Program-made: the position numbers and the translations under genes | NCBI GenBank assembly: GCA_046290465.1 | Contig: JBKAGP010000001.1 | Span: forward strand, 2,912,001 to 2,976,000 | Origin: Planctomycetota bacterium | GTDB taxonomy: Bacteria > Planctomycetota > UBA1135 > UBA2386 | Reading direction: 5' to 3' | DNA: 64,000 nt | Part shown: positions 1 to 12,084 of the stretch, piece after piece | How positions within the stretch are numbered: the stretch's first letter is position 1 | How the letters are laid out: each line of letters begins with the position of its first letter | The notes under the pieces: generated by a model | Seen by the model: only the letters and a program-made list of their open reading frames with translations | Databases searched by the model: none | Told to the model about the DNA's origin: nothing

Positions 1-617
1 TCCGGCACGGCAACCTCGGTCTCGACGCCACGTGCAACGCGCTTGCGCACCAGCAGGAGACCGGTCTTGCCGCGCACCTCGATCTTCCAGGCGAAGCCCG
101 GCAACATCGGCATCGTCGCGCTGCCGTCCACGACCTCGAGCGTCGCGCGGTAGCCGTTGCGCGTGTAGCACGAGGCCACGACTGTCAGCGGCGCCTCGTC
201 CGCCCACGCCTCGAAGCCACCGAAGGTCAGCTTCGGCGCCGCGAACGGCTCGGCCTCGTGTAACCGCACCGGCGGCCCGGGCACGACGTTTTCGGCCACG
301 GCGGTCATCATCTGGACATCGCCGTCCGGCCAGTGCGCCCACACCGAGTAGCCACGGCCACGCAGGCACTCGGCACGAAACCGCCCGCCTGCGTCTGTTT
401 GCACGACCACATGATCGAGCACGCCGATGTCGAAGCGCGCCGGCACGGGACGCGAGATCAAGACCACCGTCGCGCCCGCGCGTTTGGCGCCGCGTTCGTC
501 CTCGACCCAACCGAGAACGGTCCCGCGATCCAGATCCTTCGCCGCCTTCTGACCCGGCAGGACCGCAGCAACGAGGAGCCCGAGAATCACCGAGAAGGAC
601 AGCAGGCCGAGGCGCAT
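1..617 (-). CDS. Secreted protein with carboxypeptidase-regulatory-like beta-sandwich (runs off window start)
   Basis: Not in ORF track. Manual translation from ATG 617 gives MRLGLLSFSVILGLLVAAVLPGQ (signal peptide)...GWVEDERGAKRAGATVVL...QTDAGGRFRA; frame open to position 1. Confidence 0.65.
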   Translation of the reverse strand, partial: MRLGLLSFSVILGLLVAAVLPGQKAAKDLDRGTVLGWVEDERGAKRAGATVVLISRPVPARFDIGVLDHVVVQTDAGGRFRAECLRGRGYSVWAHWPDGDVQMMTAVAENVVPGPPVRLHEAEPFAAPKLTFGGFEAWADEAPLTVVASCYTRNGYRATLEVVDGSATMPMLPGFAWKIEVRGKTGLLLVRKRVARGVETEVAVP

Positions 618-642
618 CTTCGCCACGATACCGCAGCCGGAC

Positions 643-1272
643 TCAGTGGGCGCGTGCCTCCGCGGCCGCCATGCCGCGATCGTGCAGCCGCCCCAACAGC
701 AGCTGTGCCAGCGCGGCTCCCGACACCGCCATCGTCATGTCCCACTGGGCGTCCCACGGGTCCCCCTGGTGGCCCAGCCACTCGGGCCCCGCGTCCGGGT
801 AGAACAGCAGCACGACCCACATCTCGAGCAGTTCGTAGGCAGCGCTGAATCCCAGGCAGCAGCCGACGCACAGCCAGAACACGGTCCAGCCGTTGTGCAT
901 GCCGCGGCGTCGCACCAACCACTCCTTGAGCAGGATCGCCGGCACGAAGCCCTGGAAGAAGTGGCCGAAGCGATCGACCGGGTTGCGCTCGAAGCCGAAC
1001 AGGTCCATCACGAACTGCGGCACCGGCACCTCGGCGAACGTCCAGCGACCGCCGACGCACTGGATCAGGAAGAACCAGGTCAGCAGCACGTACGACAGCG
1101 TGCTGAAGCAGAACCAGCGTCGCCGCACCACGAACACCAGCATCACCAACAGCAGCGGCAGCACTTCGAACGCCCAGGTCGGCTTGTCGGGTGCGCCGAG
1201 CAGCGACCAGATCGCGCCGGCGACGCAGACGGCCATCAGCACGGCAAACGAGCGGTCGGCGGCGGACTTCAT
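643..1272 (-). CDS. DUF2238 (YjdF-like) inner membrane protein
   Basis: Multi-TM; motifs RNPVDRFGHFFQG, AAYELLE, GHQGDPWDAQWDM. Confidence 0.85.
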   Translation of the reverse strand: MKSAADRSFAVLMAVCVAGAIWSLLGAPDKPTWAFEVLPLLLVMLVFVVRRRWFCFSTLSYVLLTWFFLIQCVGGRWTFAEVPVPQFVMDLFGFERNPVDRFGHFFQGFVPAILLKEWLVRRRGMHNGWTVFWLCVGCCLGFSAAYELLEMWVVLLFYPDAGPEWLGHQGDPWDAQWDMTMAVSGAALAQLLLGRLHDRGMAAAEARAH

Positions 1273-1370
1273 CCCGACAGGCTAACGGACCCGCCGCACG
1301 CGGCGCGAGCCCGCCGCCCCGCGCCGCCATGCGAAGTTGCCAGCGCCGCGGGCCCGACGATACTGGCGCG

Positions 1371-1901
1371 ATGCTCGCGCTCCGACGCCTGGCCGCCTAC
1401 GCGATCGACCACCTGCTGTTCTCTTTGTGGGTCACCGCGGCCATCGCCGTGGTCGTGTCGCTGCAGGACGGTGCGCCGACCTGGACCGACGACCCGTGGC
1501 GATCGCAGGCGTTCGGCGCGCTGTTCACGACGCTGCCGTTCTGGCTGTACTTCACCTGGTGCGAAGCGAGCCCGCGCGGCCGCACGCTCGGCAAGCTGGC
1601 GCGCGGCCTGCGGGTGCGCGACGCGCGGCGCGACACCGCGCCGTCGCTCGGCTCCGCCGCGCTGCGCAGCGCCGTCAAGCTGATCCCGTGGGAGCTCGGC
1701 CACACCGCCGCGCACCAGCTGCTCGCCGCAGGCCTCGGCGACCGCGAACCGCCGACGTGGGCGATGGCGCTGTCGTACGCCTCGATGGGCCTGGCCTTCG
1801 TCTACGTCGTGATGCTGTTCGTCGGCGACGGCCGCGCGCCGCACGACCGCATCGCCCGGACCCGCGTGGTGGGCCCTTCGAGGCGAGGCACCAAGGACTG
1901 A
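1371..1901 (+). CDS. RDD family membrane protein
   Basis: RRLAAYAID, GRTLGKLARGLRV, HDRIARTRVV; start trimmed to ATG 1371. Confidence 0.85.
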   Translation: MLALRRLAAYAIDHLLFSLWVTAAIAVVVSLQDGAPTWTDDPWRSQAFGALFTTLPFWLYFTWCEASPRGRTLGKLARGLRVRDARRDTAPSLGSAALRSAVKLIPWELGHTAAHQLLAAGLGDREPPTWAMALSYASMGLAFVYVVMLFVGDGRAPHDRIARTRVVGPSRRGTKD

Positions 1902-1909
1902 CCCGCGGA

Positions 1910-3208
1910 TCAGTTCCGCGGCCGGAACGCGTCCTGCGAGCACAGGTAGCTGTAGCGCTCGGAGAACGCCTCGGGCGTCATGTTGGCGGCCTGCGCGATC
2001 GCGGCCAGGCGATCCGCGTGCGCGAAGTCGTCCGGCTCGAGCCGGATCTGGTACTCGCGCGCGACGCGGTAGGCCTCCGACTCCGGGTTGACCGTGCGCA
2101 CCCGCGGCCGGCCGGTCGCCGGATCGTTGAACGTGCCGAACCGCAGCGGCACCAGTTCGCCGCGCTGGATCGTCACCATCGCGCCGACCTCGTCCTGGCG
2201 GCCGCTGCGGATCAGGCCGCGCAGGTAGTCGATCGCGCCGTAGCCGAGGTCGCGGGTGTACTCGATGTCGAACGGGATCGGCGGCGCACTGCGCAGCTCG
2301 TAGCCGATGTTCTTGGCGACGATCGTCACCTGGTGGCCGTTGTCGGCGAGCCGCTTGCGCACGATGTCCGTCAACAGGCGGTGCAGGTGCACCTCCGACA
2401 GACGCACGTGGCCGTGGTCGTCGCGTTCGCCGTGCGGCATCGCCTTGTCGAGGTCGTCCGCCGGGAACCGCAGGCTCAGACCTTCGGCCATCACCGCGAC
2501 CCCGAACGGCCGGCCGTGCGCGATGCGCTTGTAGATCGACGTCTCGAGGATGTCGACGACGTGGTCCAGCCGGATCGGCTGGTCCGCCGGGAAGTCCTCG
2601 GGGATCACCGTCAGCGTCGCGCCGGCCGACTTGCCGATGCCCTGGGCGAGGTGGCCCGCCTGCCGCCCCATCGCGACCACGAAGAACCAGCGCCGCGTCG
2701 TCAGCGCGTCGGTCATCAGGTTGGTGACCTGCTCGGCGCCGACGTGGCGCGCGGTCTGGTAGCCGAACGTCGGCACGTCGCCGGGCAGCGGCAGGTCGTT
2801 GTCGATCGTCTTCGGCACGTGCGCGACGCGCAGCCGGCCGGCCGCCGCCTGTGCGACCACCGCGGCCGAGTAGCCGGTGTCGTCGCCACCGATGGTCAGC
2901 AGCGCGTCGAGTTCGAGCTCCTTCAGCGCCCGCACGGTCGCGTCGAGCTTGTCGGGCTGCTTGGTCGGGTTGGCCCGTGACGTGAACAGCACCGAGCCGC
3001 CCTGCAGGTGGATGCGGCTGACGTCCTCGACCGTCAGCGGCTGCACGTGCGACGTCTCCCCCTGCATCAGCCGCGAGAAGCCGTCCGGGATGCCGACGAC
3101 CGTCCAGCCGGAGTTGATCGCCTCGATCGTCGCCGCGCAGATGACCGAGTTCATACCGGGAGCAGGACCACCCCCGCAGAGAATGCCGAGCTTGACGTTG
3201 TCGCCCAT
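1910..3208 (-). CDS. pfp: Phosphofructokinase family, probably PPi-dependent
   Basis: GGGPAPGMN, GGDDT (Asp typical of PPi-dependent enzymes), PKTIDND, MGR, GYELR. Confidence 0.85.
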   Translation of the reverse strand: MGDNVKLGILCGGGPAPGMNSVICAATIEAINSGWTVVGIPDGFSRLMQGETSHVQPLTVEDVSRIHLQGGSVLFTSRANPTKQPDKLDATVRALKELELDALLTIGGDDTGYSAAVVAQAAAGRLRVAHVPKTIDNDLPLPGDVPTFGYQTARHVGAEQVTNLMTDALTTRRWFFVVAMGRQAGHLAQGIGKSAGATLTVIPEDFPADQPIRLDHVVDILETSIYKRIAHGRPFGVAVMAEGLSLRFPADDLDKAMPHGERDDHGHVRLSEVHLHRLLTDIVRKRLADNGHQVTIVAKNIGYELRSAPPIPFDIEYTRDLGYGAIDYLRGLIRSGRQDEVGAMVTIQRGELVPLRFGTFNDPATGRPRVRTVNPESEAYRVAREYQIRLEPDDFAHADRLAAIAQAANMTPEAFSERYSYLCSQDAFRPRN

Positions 3209-3277
3209 ATCGGGCGGTTGGGTTACCGGCACGCCCGCTGCTTCGCAACGACGCGCGCCGCAATCGTGGCGCGCCGC

Positions 3278-3904
3278 TCAGCGACCACCCATCGAACCCG
3301 CCACCGCACCTTCGCAGCTCGGACAGTCCGTATCGCCCCAGGCCTTCATCCGGCCGGCCTCCTGCATCGAGCGCAGCAGTTCCATGCCCTTCTTGGAGTG
3401 TTCGCGCAGTTCGTCACCCCATCGCCGGCGTTCGTCGTCCGTCAGCCGCAGCAGGTCCATGCGCCGATCGAGCCAGCTCTGCACCAGTTCGTGCAACGCC
3501 TGCAGCCGCACCTTCAGGTCGTCGCTGCGGAACGCACGCCGCTCGGCATCGGACAGGCCCTTGCCCCAGGTGTTGCCGCCGTGCTTGAACGACACGAAGT
3601 CGGGCCGCGCGCGGTAGTGACGGAACGCCTCGAGCACGTAGATGCAGGTCGGGCAGCCGTAGACGAAGTGCTGCCACTCGCCGTCGCCGGCGGCGAGCAC
3701 GCGATCGACGGTGCCGTTGTCGACCCCGTCGACGTAGAGACCCTCGAGCGTCGCGTAGAAGATCTCGTGACCCATGTCGACCTTGCGACGCGGCTCGGCT
3801 GCAGCCGGCGCAGGGTCCTGCGCGACTGGCGACCCGGCTGGCGACCCGGCTGGCGACCAGAGACAAGCGGACATCACGATCATTGCGGTGGTCAGGGTCT
3901 TCAT
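3278..3904 (-). CDS. Secreted hypothetical protein with two CxxC motifs
   Basis: Signal-like N-terminus; GCPTC and DCPSC; codon usage like neighbours. Confidence 0.7.
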   Translation of the reverse strand: MKTLTTAMIVMSACLWSPAGSPAGSPVAQDPAPAAAEPRRKVDMGHEIFYATLEGLYVDGVDNGTVDRVLAAGDGEWQHFVYGCPTCIYVLEAFRHYRARPDFVSFKHGGNTWGKGLSDAERRAFRSDDLKVRLQALHELVQSWLDRRMDLLRLTDDERRRWGDELREHSKKGMELLRSMQEAGRMKAWGDTDCPSCEGAVAGSMGGR

Positions 3905-4106
3905 GGTGGTCTCGCTGGACGTCGCCAACCGGACGTCGATATGGGCCGGTTGTTATCCGACGCGCTCCTCTTTCGGGCCACGGCAACGGGCAATCAACCC
4001 GGCCTTCGCACCTTGCGTGTTTGGTGAGCTACGCTCCAATGTCTGGCCAACCTCACGCTCGACCACCCCCCGGCGTGAGGGGCTCAATACTCACTTCCAC
4101 TTGCAC

Positions 4107-6047
4107 ATGCACAAGCATCTCCTCCTGGCGGCCGCCGCGGCCGCCGCTCTCGCGTCGATGGCTTCGGCCCAAATCGGCCGCGAAACCCTCGTCATCGACC
4201 TCGAAACCCCGACCGGCGGCAACAACGGCCACCTCGGCTGCGCCTACGATCTGATCAACGGCCGCATCTACACCACCTCGCGCGGCAACGGCACCGCGAC
4301 GGTCGGCCCGCACACGATCAATGTCTGGGACACCTCGGGCGCGCTGCTCACGTCGCTCGGCCAGACGCCGGCGTCGGACGCGACCACGTGGGGCTACCGT
4401 GACGGCGCCAGCTCGATCGTCGGCCAGGTCTTCTTCGGCTGGGACGGCGGCATCGACGTCTACGACGTCGACCCGACCACCGGCAACCTGCTGCCGGCCG
4501 CCTCGCTGATCGCCGCTGGCGGCGTCACCGCGCTGACGCAGCCGAGCCCGACCGATCCCGGCCTGATCACCAGCGCCGCCGTCGGCGGCACGCACCGCGC
4601 GCTGGCCTTCAACTTCTACGGCAACGGCGGCTTCGGCTCGTTCTTCGTCGGCAACTTCGGCGGCGACATCTTCGAAGTCGACGCAGCCGGCAACGTGCTG
4701 AACCAGTTCCCGAACACCAGCGCCATCACCTGGTCGTCGTACGGCTTCGCGCTGGACGACAAGGGCGACGCCGACGAGACCAACGACACGCTGTGGATCA
4801 ACGCGGCTCCCAACGCCAGCCGCATCGTCGAGTACTCGATCGACCGCATCAACCTGGCGCTGACGCCGACCGGCCTCAGCTTCGACCGCAACCAGCCGGG
4901 CACCGCCCAGGGCGGCCTCGCGCTCGTGCCGGGTGGCCTCGACGGCCGTAACTGTGGTTACGACCTGATCGGCGTCGACCAGGGCACGCCCGACACGCTC
5001 GCCGGCTACCGCGTCATCCAGTGGGAAGGCTCCGACCCGGCCAACGAGCCGCAGCTGCTCACCGGTGTCGACGGCGGCACGCTGTCGGCCGACGCGTCGA
5101 TCGCCAACATCGTCACGACGACCCTCGAGGTCGACGTGCAGTCGGCCGGCACGGCCGGCCTGCCGTACGTGCTCTACGCTGACGTCGAGCCGTTCACGGC
5201 GCGCGCTCCGGGTCCGCTGCCGTTCGTCGGCGCGTCGATCTGGGAGTTCGCGTTCCCGAACCTGACCGGCGTCAGCGCCGGCACGTTCGTCGGCGGCACC
5301 CCCGCGGTGTTCCCGAACTTCCTGACGACGGTGCCGGCCGGCACCAGCGTGACCTGGCAGGCGTTCTGCATCGACGTCTCGGCGCCGGTCGCGGCCTGTG
5401 GCCAGAACCTGACGTTCCTCGGCCTGCCGTGGGCGGCGTCGACGATGGCGAGCCACACCCGCGGCGTCGACCCGCAGGACATCGCGACGATCCGCGCGAC
5501 GGGCGCGAACTCGTTCAACAACGACACCACGTCGGGCTTCTTCTCGATCACGGCCGACGCCAACTCGGCCGCCGACCCGATCGTCTCGGTGACGTTCGAC
5601 TGGGCGACGTCGAGCAACCCGGCGCAGGGCACGATGGTGTTCGACACCGACCAGACCGGCATGGCCAACACCTTCTGGGAAGGCAACGGCGGCGGCTGCG
5701 GCGGCACCTACCGCAACGGCTCGGACGTCACGGTCGGCCTCGACTACACCAACGCTGCGAACAACCTGTTCGACACGGCCACGTGCGCGGGCTCGATCGC
5801 GCACTGTGAGGCCACCAACCCGACGACGGCTCCGACCTACCAGACGCTGAAGTGGCACTTCACGCCGGGCACCTGGGTGCCGGGCACGGTGTTCGAGTTC
5901 GACATCGACACCGATGGCGGCGCCGGCATCACCGGCGACGCGATGGCCGGCATGGTCGTCACGGTCGAGACCCAGAGCGGCGCCATCTACACGGGCGAGC
6001 TGCAGGTCGACCTCGCGACCCCGCAGTCGAGCTTCGTCAAGCTCTAG
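4107..6047 (+). CDS. Large secreted beta-rich hypothetical protein
   Basis: [22 protein letters not shown] signal peptide; Gly/Thr/Asn-rich; strongly C/G-ending codons. Confidence 0.8.
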   Translation: MHKHLLLAAAAAAALASMASAQIGRETLVIDLETPTGGNNGHLGCAYDLINGRIYTTSRGNGTATVGPHTINVWDTSGALLTSLGQTPASDATTWGYRDGASSIVGQVFFGWDGGIDVYDVDPTTGNLLPAASLIAAGGVTALTQPSPTDPGLITSAAVGGTHRALAFNFYGNGGFGSFFVGNFGGDIFEVDAAGNVLNQFPNTSAITWSSYGFALDDKGDADETNDTLWINAAPNASRIVEYSIDRINLALTPTGLSFDRNQPGTAQGGLALVPGGLDGRNCGYDLIGVDQGTPDTLAGYRVIQWEGSDPANEPQLLTGVDGGTLSADASIANIVTTTLEVDVQSAGTAGLPYVLYADVEPFTARAPGPLPFVGASIWEFAFPNLTGVSAGTFVGGTPAVFPNFLTTVPAGTSVTWQAFCIDVSAPVAACGQNLTFLGLPWAASTMASHTRGVDPQDIATIRATGANSFNNDTTSGFFSITADANSAADPIVSVTFDWATSSNPAQGTMVFDTDQTGMANTFWEGNGGGCGGTYRNGSDVTVGLDYTNAANNLFDTATCAGSIAHCEATNPTTAPTYQTLKWHFTPGTWVPGTVFEFDIDTDGGAGITGDAMAGMVVTVETQSGAIYTGELQVDLATPQSSFVKL

Positions 6048-6056
6048 GAAGCCGAC

Positions 6057-6086
6057 CGGCGCGCGCCCCGTTGCGGGCGCGCGCCG
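6057..6086 (+). terminator. GC-rich hairpin downstream of the secreted-protein gene
   Basis: 12-bp perfect stem CGGCGCGCGCCC/GGGCGCGCGCCG, 6-nt loop; no U-tract. Confidence 0.35.
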
Positions 6087-6253
6087 CACGCCCCGCGGCC
6101 GTCTGGCCGCGTGCGGGCGCACCGTGGCGCGTAGCAGCGCACGAACGGGAGCAGTCGCGGCAGAAGCCTGTGCGACTCGATGGACGCGGCCCCTATGATC
6201 CCGCGACCTGCGCTGGCATCGCCCGCGCCCTCTCGTCTCCGCACCCACGTTCC

Positions 6254-7294
6254 ATGAGCAACACGTTCCCCAAGCTGCACAATGCCGCCTGGCCGGGCCT
6301 CGTCGGCAAGGAAGAAGGCACCGACAACCCGCCGATCCCGTTCGAGCAGATGCTCGAGTGGACCGCCAATGCCGAAGTGAACGGCAACCGGTTCGACGGC
6401 ATCGACCTGTTCCTGTCGCTGCCGCACACCGACATCGACTCGAGCAAGGACGACCTGAAGGCGCTCGCCGAGCAGGTCGCCGGCAAGGGCCTCGTGGTCG
6501 GCTCGCTGGTCGCGCCGGTCTGGCCGCCGACCGGCGGCGGCTCGGCGATGGGCGACGAGAGCGAGCGCAAGGCGTTCTTGACGCAGGTCGAGAAGGCCTG
6601 CCGGATCGCGCGCGACCTGAAGGAGCTCGGCATCCGCCCGTACGGCATCGTGCGCATCGACTCGGCCGCCGGCGTCGGCGACTGGGCCAAGGATCCGGAC
6701 GGCAACCAGAAGATCCTCGCCGACACCTTCCGCAAGGCCGCCGACATCGCGCAGGACCACGGCGAGAAGCTCGCCGCCGAGGGCGAGATCTGCTGGGGCG
6801 GCATGCACAGCTGGAAGCGCATGCTCGAACTGCTCGAGCTGACCGACCGCAAGGGCACCGTCGGCTTCCAGGCCGACATGGCGCACACGCTGCTCTACAC
6901 GCTCGGCTACAACGCGCCCGAGGACCGCATCCTGCCCGAGGACTACGAGTGGGGCGACCGCGACGGCCTCGACGCCGCCTACACCGAGATGACCGCGGCG
7001 CTGCGGCCGTGGGTGCTCGACTTCCACGTCGCGCAGAACGACGCGACCGTGTTCGGCTCGGGCTCGCACGACAAGACCGGCCGCCACTGCCTGCCCAAGG
7101 ACCCCAACGGCAAGCTGGACATCGCGCACTACGCCGGCTTCTGGCTGCGTGAGAACGGCCAGCCGACCAAGGCCGTGCAGCACCTGTGCTGGGACGGCTG
7201 CATGTTCCCGAACAAGGTCATGCAGGACCCGCAGACCTGGAACGACATCCTCGAGGCGATGCTGGCGGTGCGCGACGCGCACGGCTGGTCCTAG
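6254..7294 (+). CDS. Sugar phosphate isomerase/epimerase (xylose-isomerase-like TIM barrel)
   Basis: [31 protein letters not shown] metal-ligand pattern. Confidence 0.8.
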   Translation: MSNTFPKLHNAAWPGLVGKEEGTDNPPIPFEQMLEWTANAEVNGNRFDGIDLFLSLPHTDIDSSKDDLKALAEQVAGKGLVVGSLVAPVWPPTGGGSAMGDESERKAFLTQVEKACRIARDLKELGIRPYGIVRIDSAAGVGDWAKDPDGNQKILADTFRKAADIAQDHGEKLAAEGEICWGGMHSWKRMLELLELTDRKGTVGFQADMAHTLLYTLGYNAPEDRILPEDYEWGDRDGLDAAYTEMTAALRPWVLDFHVAQNDATVFGSGSHDKTGRHCLPKDPNGKLDIAHYAGFWLRENGQPTKAVQHLCWDGCMFPNKVMQDPQTWNDILEAMLAVRDAHGWS

Positions 7295-7305
7295 GAGCGA
7301 CCACC

Positions 7306-8889
<1,584 letters not shown>

Positions 8890-8893
<4 letters not shown>

Positions 8894-10071
8894 CGCGGCA
8901 GCGGGGTGTTGGGCGCCACCGCGTTGTCGGGCCACGGGAAGTCCTCGCCGAACACCAGCAGCCGCTGGTAGCTCTCCGGCACGAAGAACGACTCGTCGAC
9001 CTTGCCGTCGTCGCCGGTCACCGCGGCGAGGTCCAGCCGCAGGTGCCTCGCCAAGAACGGGTACGCCGCCATGCGCTTGCTGGTGCCGTAGTCGTGGCCT
9101 TCGTCGGCGAAGTGCGCGTTCTGCACCAGGTCCTTCTTGCCGTAGAGCTCGTAGACCCGCTGCACGTACGGAAACTCGACCCTCGGCGTATTGAGCGTCC
9201 AGTCGCCGCCGTTGCTGACCATCAGCATCGGCCGCGGCGCCGCCATCGCCGCGATCTCGACGTTGTTGGTCTTGTGCCGCGCGCTCCAGTGGATCGGCAT
9301 GCCGCTCTCGCACACGCAACCGCCGAAGAAGTGCGCCGAGATCTGGCACACCGGCACCGCAACGCGCACGCGCTCGTCGACCGCCGTCAGCAAGAACGTC
9401 TGCGTGCCGCCGCCCGAACAGCCGGTCATGCCGATGCGCTGCGCGTCGACGTCCGCCATCGCGACCAACAGGTCGAGCGCACGCATGCTGTTCCACGTCT
9501 GCAGCCGCAGCACCTCGGGCGTCGCACGATGCGACCAGCCGCGCTCCTTGGTATCGCCGTAGCCGACCATGTCGTAGGCCAGCACCACCGCCCCCATCTT
9601 GGCCAACACCGCGCAGCGCGCCTGCCGCGCCGGCGCGAACCGACCGTTGTGCCCGTGCGGGCTCAGGATGCCGGCGAGCTTGCCCTCGGACCTGGTCGGT
9701 CGATACAGCGAGCCGGTGACGTAGAAGCCCGGCGCGCTCTCGAACGCAACCTCGCAGACGGTGTAGTCGCCGTGGTCGCGCCGGTCGGTGAACCGCGGCC
9801 GCAGCGACGTTCGCGGCGGCAGCTCGGTCAGCCCCGCGCCGGCGAGCAGCCCCGCACGCAGCGTCGCGCGCCGCTCCTCCCAGCCGGCGCGGTCGTCGTA
9901 GGTCGACGCAAACGCCGCCAGCTCCTTTGCGGCGTCGGGCTGGGACTGCGCCGAGCCGACCCGCAGCTCGGGGGCCGGCTGCTGCGCCGCCAGCGCAGAC
10001 CACAACGAACCGACCAGAACCAACGACCGACCCAGAACCAACAACCAACGAGGTGCCATGGCGAACGCCAT
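8890..10071 (-). CDS. Alpha/beta hydrolase, acetylxylan-esterase-like, secreted
   Basis: GCSGGG nucleophile elbow, [18 protein letters not shown]. Confidence 0.85.
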
Positions 10072-10169
10072 GCTAGCGGGCAAAGCCCCGTCCGCACGCG
10101 GACACGCCGCTTCCGCGATCACGGTCGGCAGCGCGTCCACTACATGGACGCGCTCCTAGTGCGCCGCCG

Positions 10170-11465
10170 CTACCGATGCATGCGCAGCGCCGCCGACGCG
10201 CACGCCGCGACCTTGCGGTCCTCGTGCCCGACCAGCCGTTCCAGCTGCGCGCGCGCCTCGGCCGAGAGCCGTTCGAAGCGTCCGGCGACGATCGCCAGCT
10301 CGCACAGCAGCCGCGCATCGTCGCTGTCCATGCGGGCGACGACGACCTGCTCGACGCGCGCCTGGTCGCCGGCGTCGATCTCGATCCGCGCCAGCGCGCG
10401 TGCCGCCCGCCGCTGCGCGTCGATGCCGCCGACCTCGAGCAGGAGCACGTGCGCCAGCGCCGAGATCGACATCCCGTCGGCGACGTGCGCCAGCGAACGC
10501 GCCGCCGCCAGCCGGATCATGCCGTCGTATTGCTCGACGAACCGGAACTTGCCGGAGAAGCCCTCCTGCAGCCGCCACTGCACCTCGAGGTGCTCCGGGT
10601 GCTCGTCGAGCATCGCGCGATGCAGCGCGTTGCGCACCGCCGGCGTCGCGTGCCCGCGCAGCATCTCGGCGGCGAGTTCGCGCACGTAGGGACTGCCGTC
10701 GTCGAGCAACGTCAACAGGTCGGCCTGCGACGCCTCGCGCGGCACCTCGAGCCGATGCAGCAACCGCGCAACATCGCGCGTACTGTAGGTCGGCCGCCGC
10801 CGGCCGCCGAGGCCAGGCCCGGCCGCCGCCGCCGGCCCGTTGTTGACGAACGCCTTGAACAGCACCGCGCGCCGCGCATCGTTGCGCTGCCGCTCGGTTC
10901 CGTAGGGCGCCAGCGTCGCGACCGTTCGCATCGCCGGACCGAGCAGCGGATCGTGCACCTCGCTGCCGATCACGACCATCGTGACCGCCGCCAGCGCCTC
11001 GACGCCGCGCGGCCCCATCGCGTGGAGCGCCTCGAGCACGTGCTCGCGCGGCGCCTTCTCGTCGGCGAGTGCGCCGATCATCGCCCGGACCTCGGCGGCG
11101 CCGCCGCGGGCCAGCGCGCGCACCGCCTGCCGCCGCGCCCCCTCGTCGCGCAGCGCTTCGATCCACGCCTCGGGCGAACGCCCCTGCGGGTCCTGCAGGT
11201 CCTCGGGGGCGAGGGTCGCCTCGTCGCCCCCGCCGCCGTCGCCGCGCGACCACACCGACAGCGCCGTCACCACGCCGATCGCCAGCACCGCCGCGGCCAG
11301 CAGCCAGCGCGACGCCGGCCGCTCGGGGATCGCCGCGACCGCGTCGGCCGGCTGCTCGAGCCGCGCCATCGTGCGCGCCACCAGACGGTCGTCCGGCGTC
11401 TGCCCTTCGACCTCGGCCAGCATCGTGTCGAGCAGCCGTTCTTCGAGTGGTCCTCGTCCGCTCAT
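10170..11465 (-). CDS. Single-TM HEAT-repeat protein, probable anti-sigma factor
   Basis: ATGA-coupled to the ECF sigma; TM WLLAAAVLAIGVV; HEAT-like repeats (VRELAAEML, RLAAARSLA, RRAARALA). Confidence 0.65.
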   Translation of the reverse strand: MSGRGPLEERLLDTMLAEVEGQTPDDRLVARTMARLEQPADAVAAIPERPASRWLLAAAVLAIGVVTALSVWSRGDGGGGDEATLAPEDLQDPQGRSPEAWIEALRDEGARRQAVRALARGGAAEVRAMIGALADEKAPREHVLEALHAMGPRGVEALAAVTMVVIGSEVHDPLLGPAMRTVATLAPYGTERQRNDARRAVLFKAFVNNGPAAAAGPGLGGRRRPTYSTRDVARLLHRLEVPREASQADLLTLLDDGSPYVRELAAEMLRGHATPAVRNALHRAMLDEHPEHLEVQWRLQEGFSGKFRFVEQYDGMIRLAAARSLAHVADGMSISALAHVLLLEVGGIDAQRRAARALARIEIDAGDQARVEQVVVARMDSDDARLLCELAIVAGRFERLSAEARAQLERLVGHEDRKVAACASAALRMHR

Positions 11466-12040
11466 CGCACGCTCCTCCGAAGGCATTCCCGCAGGCTCTG
11501 CCGCACCCGCTGCAGCGCCGTCTTGACGCCGTTCTCGCGGATGCCGAGCGCCGCGGCGACGTCGGCACGCGACCGTTCTTCGCCGTAGAACAACCGCACC
11601 AGCGTGCGGCTGCGTTCGGCCAACTGATGCACGCACGCGCGCAGCGCCTCGACCCGCGCATCGCCACCGTCGTCACCGGCGGCCTGCGCAAAGACCTCCT
11701 CGGCAAGCCGAGCACGCTGCTCTGCAAGCCGAGCATGCCGCTCGGCCAGCCGTCCCTGCTGGCGCCGGCTGCGCAGCCACAGGTGCCGCGCCGTCTGCCG
11801 CAAGAACGCGGCGACCTCGCGCTCGTCGCGATCGCCGGTGCCCTTGCGCAACGCCACCAAGAACGCCTCCTGCGTCAGGTCGTCGGCCTCGTCCGCCGTG
11901 CATCCGAGCACCCGCAAGAACCGCCAGACGCCCCGCACGTGCCGGCGCACCAGCGCTTCTTCTGCGACCCGCGCCGGGGCGGCTCGTGGCGCGGCGCTCG
12001 CTCGGGGAGTTCGCGGCATGATCAGCGTGGAAGAACCCAT
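11462..12040 (-). CDS. ECF RNA polymerase sigma factor
   Basis: Region 2 ADDLTQEAFL; region 4 SRADVAAALGIRENGVKTALQRVR. Confidence 0.85.
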   Translation of the reverse strand: MGSSTLIMPRTPRASAAPRAAPARVAEEALVRRHVRGVWRFLRVLGCTADEADDLTQEAFLVALRKGTGDRDEREVAAFLRQTARHLWLRSRRQQGRLAERHARLAEQRARLAEEVFAQAAGDDGGDARVEALRACVHQLAERSRTLVRLFYGEERSRADVAAALGIRENGVKTALQRVRQSLRECLRRSVR

Positions 12041-12084
12041 CGCGACCTGCTCGCCCGCGACGTCCGCAGGGTATTCGGCGGAGT

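Noticed and set aside
3827..3858. 12-bp tandem repeat TGGCGACCCGGC
   Set aside because: Encodes a low-complexity SPAG linker after a signal peptide; in-frame, with no sign of phase variation
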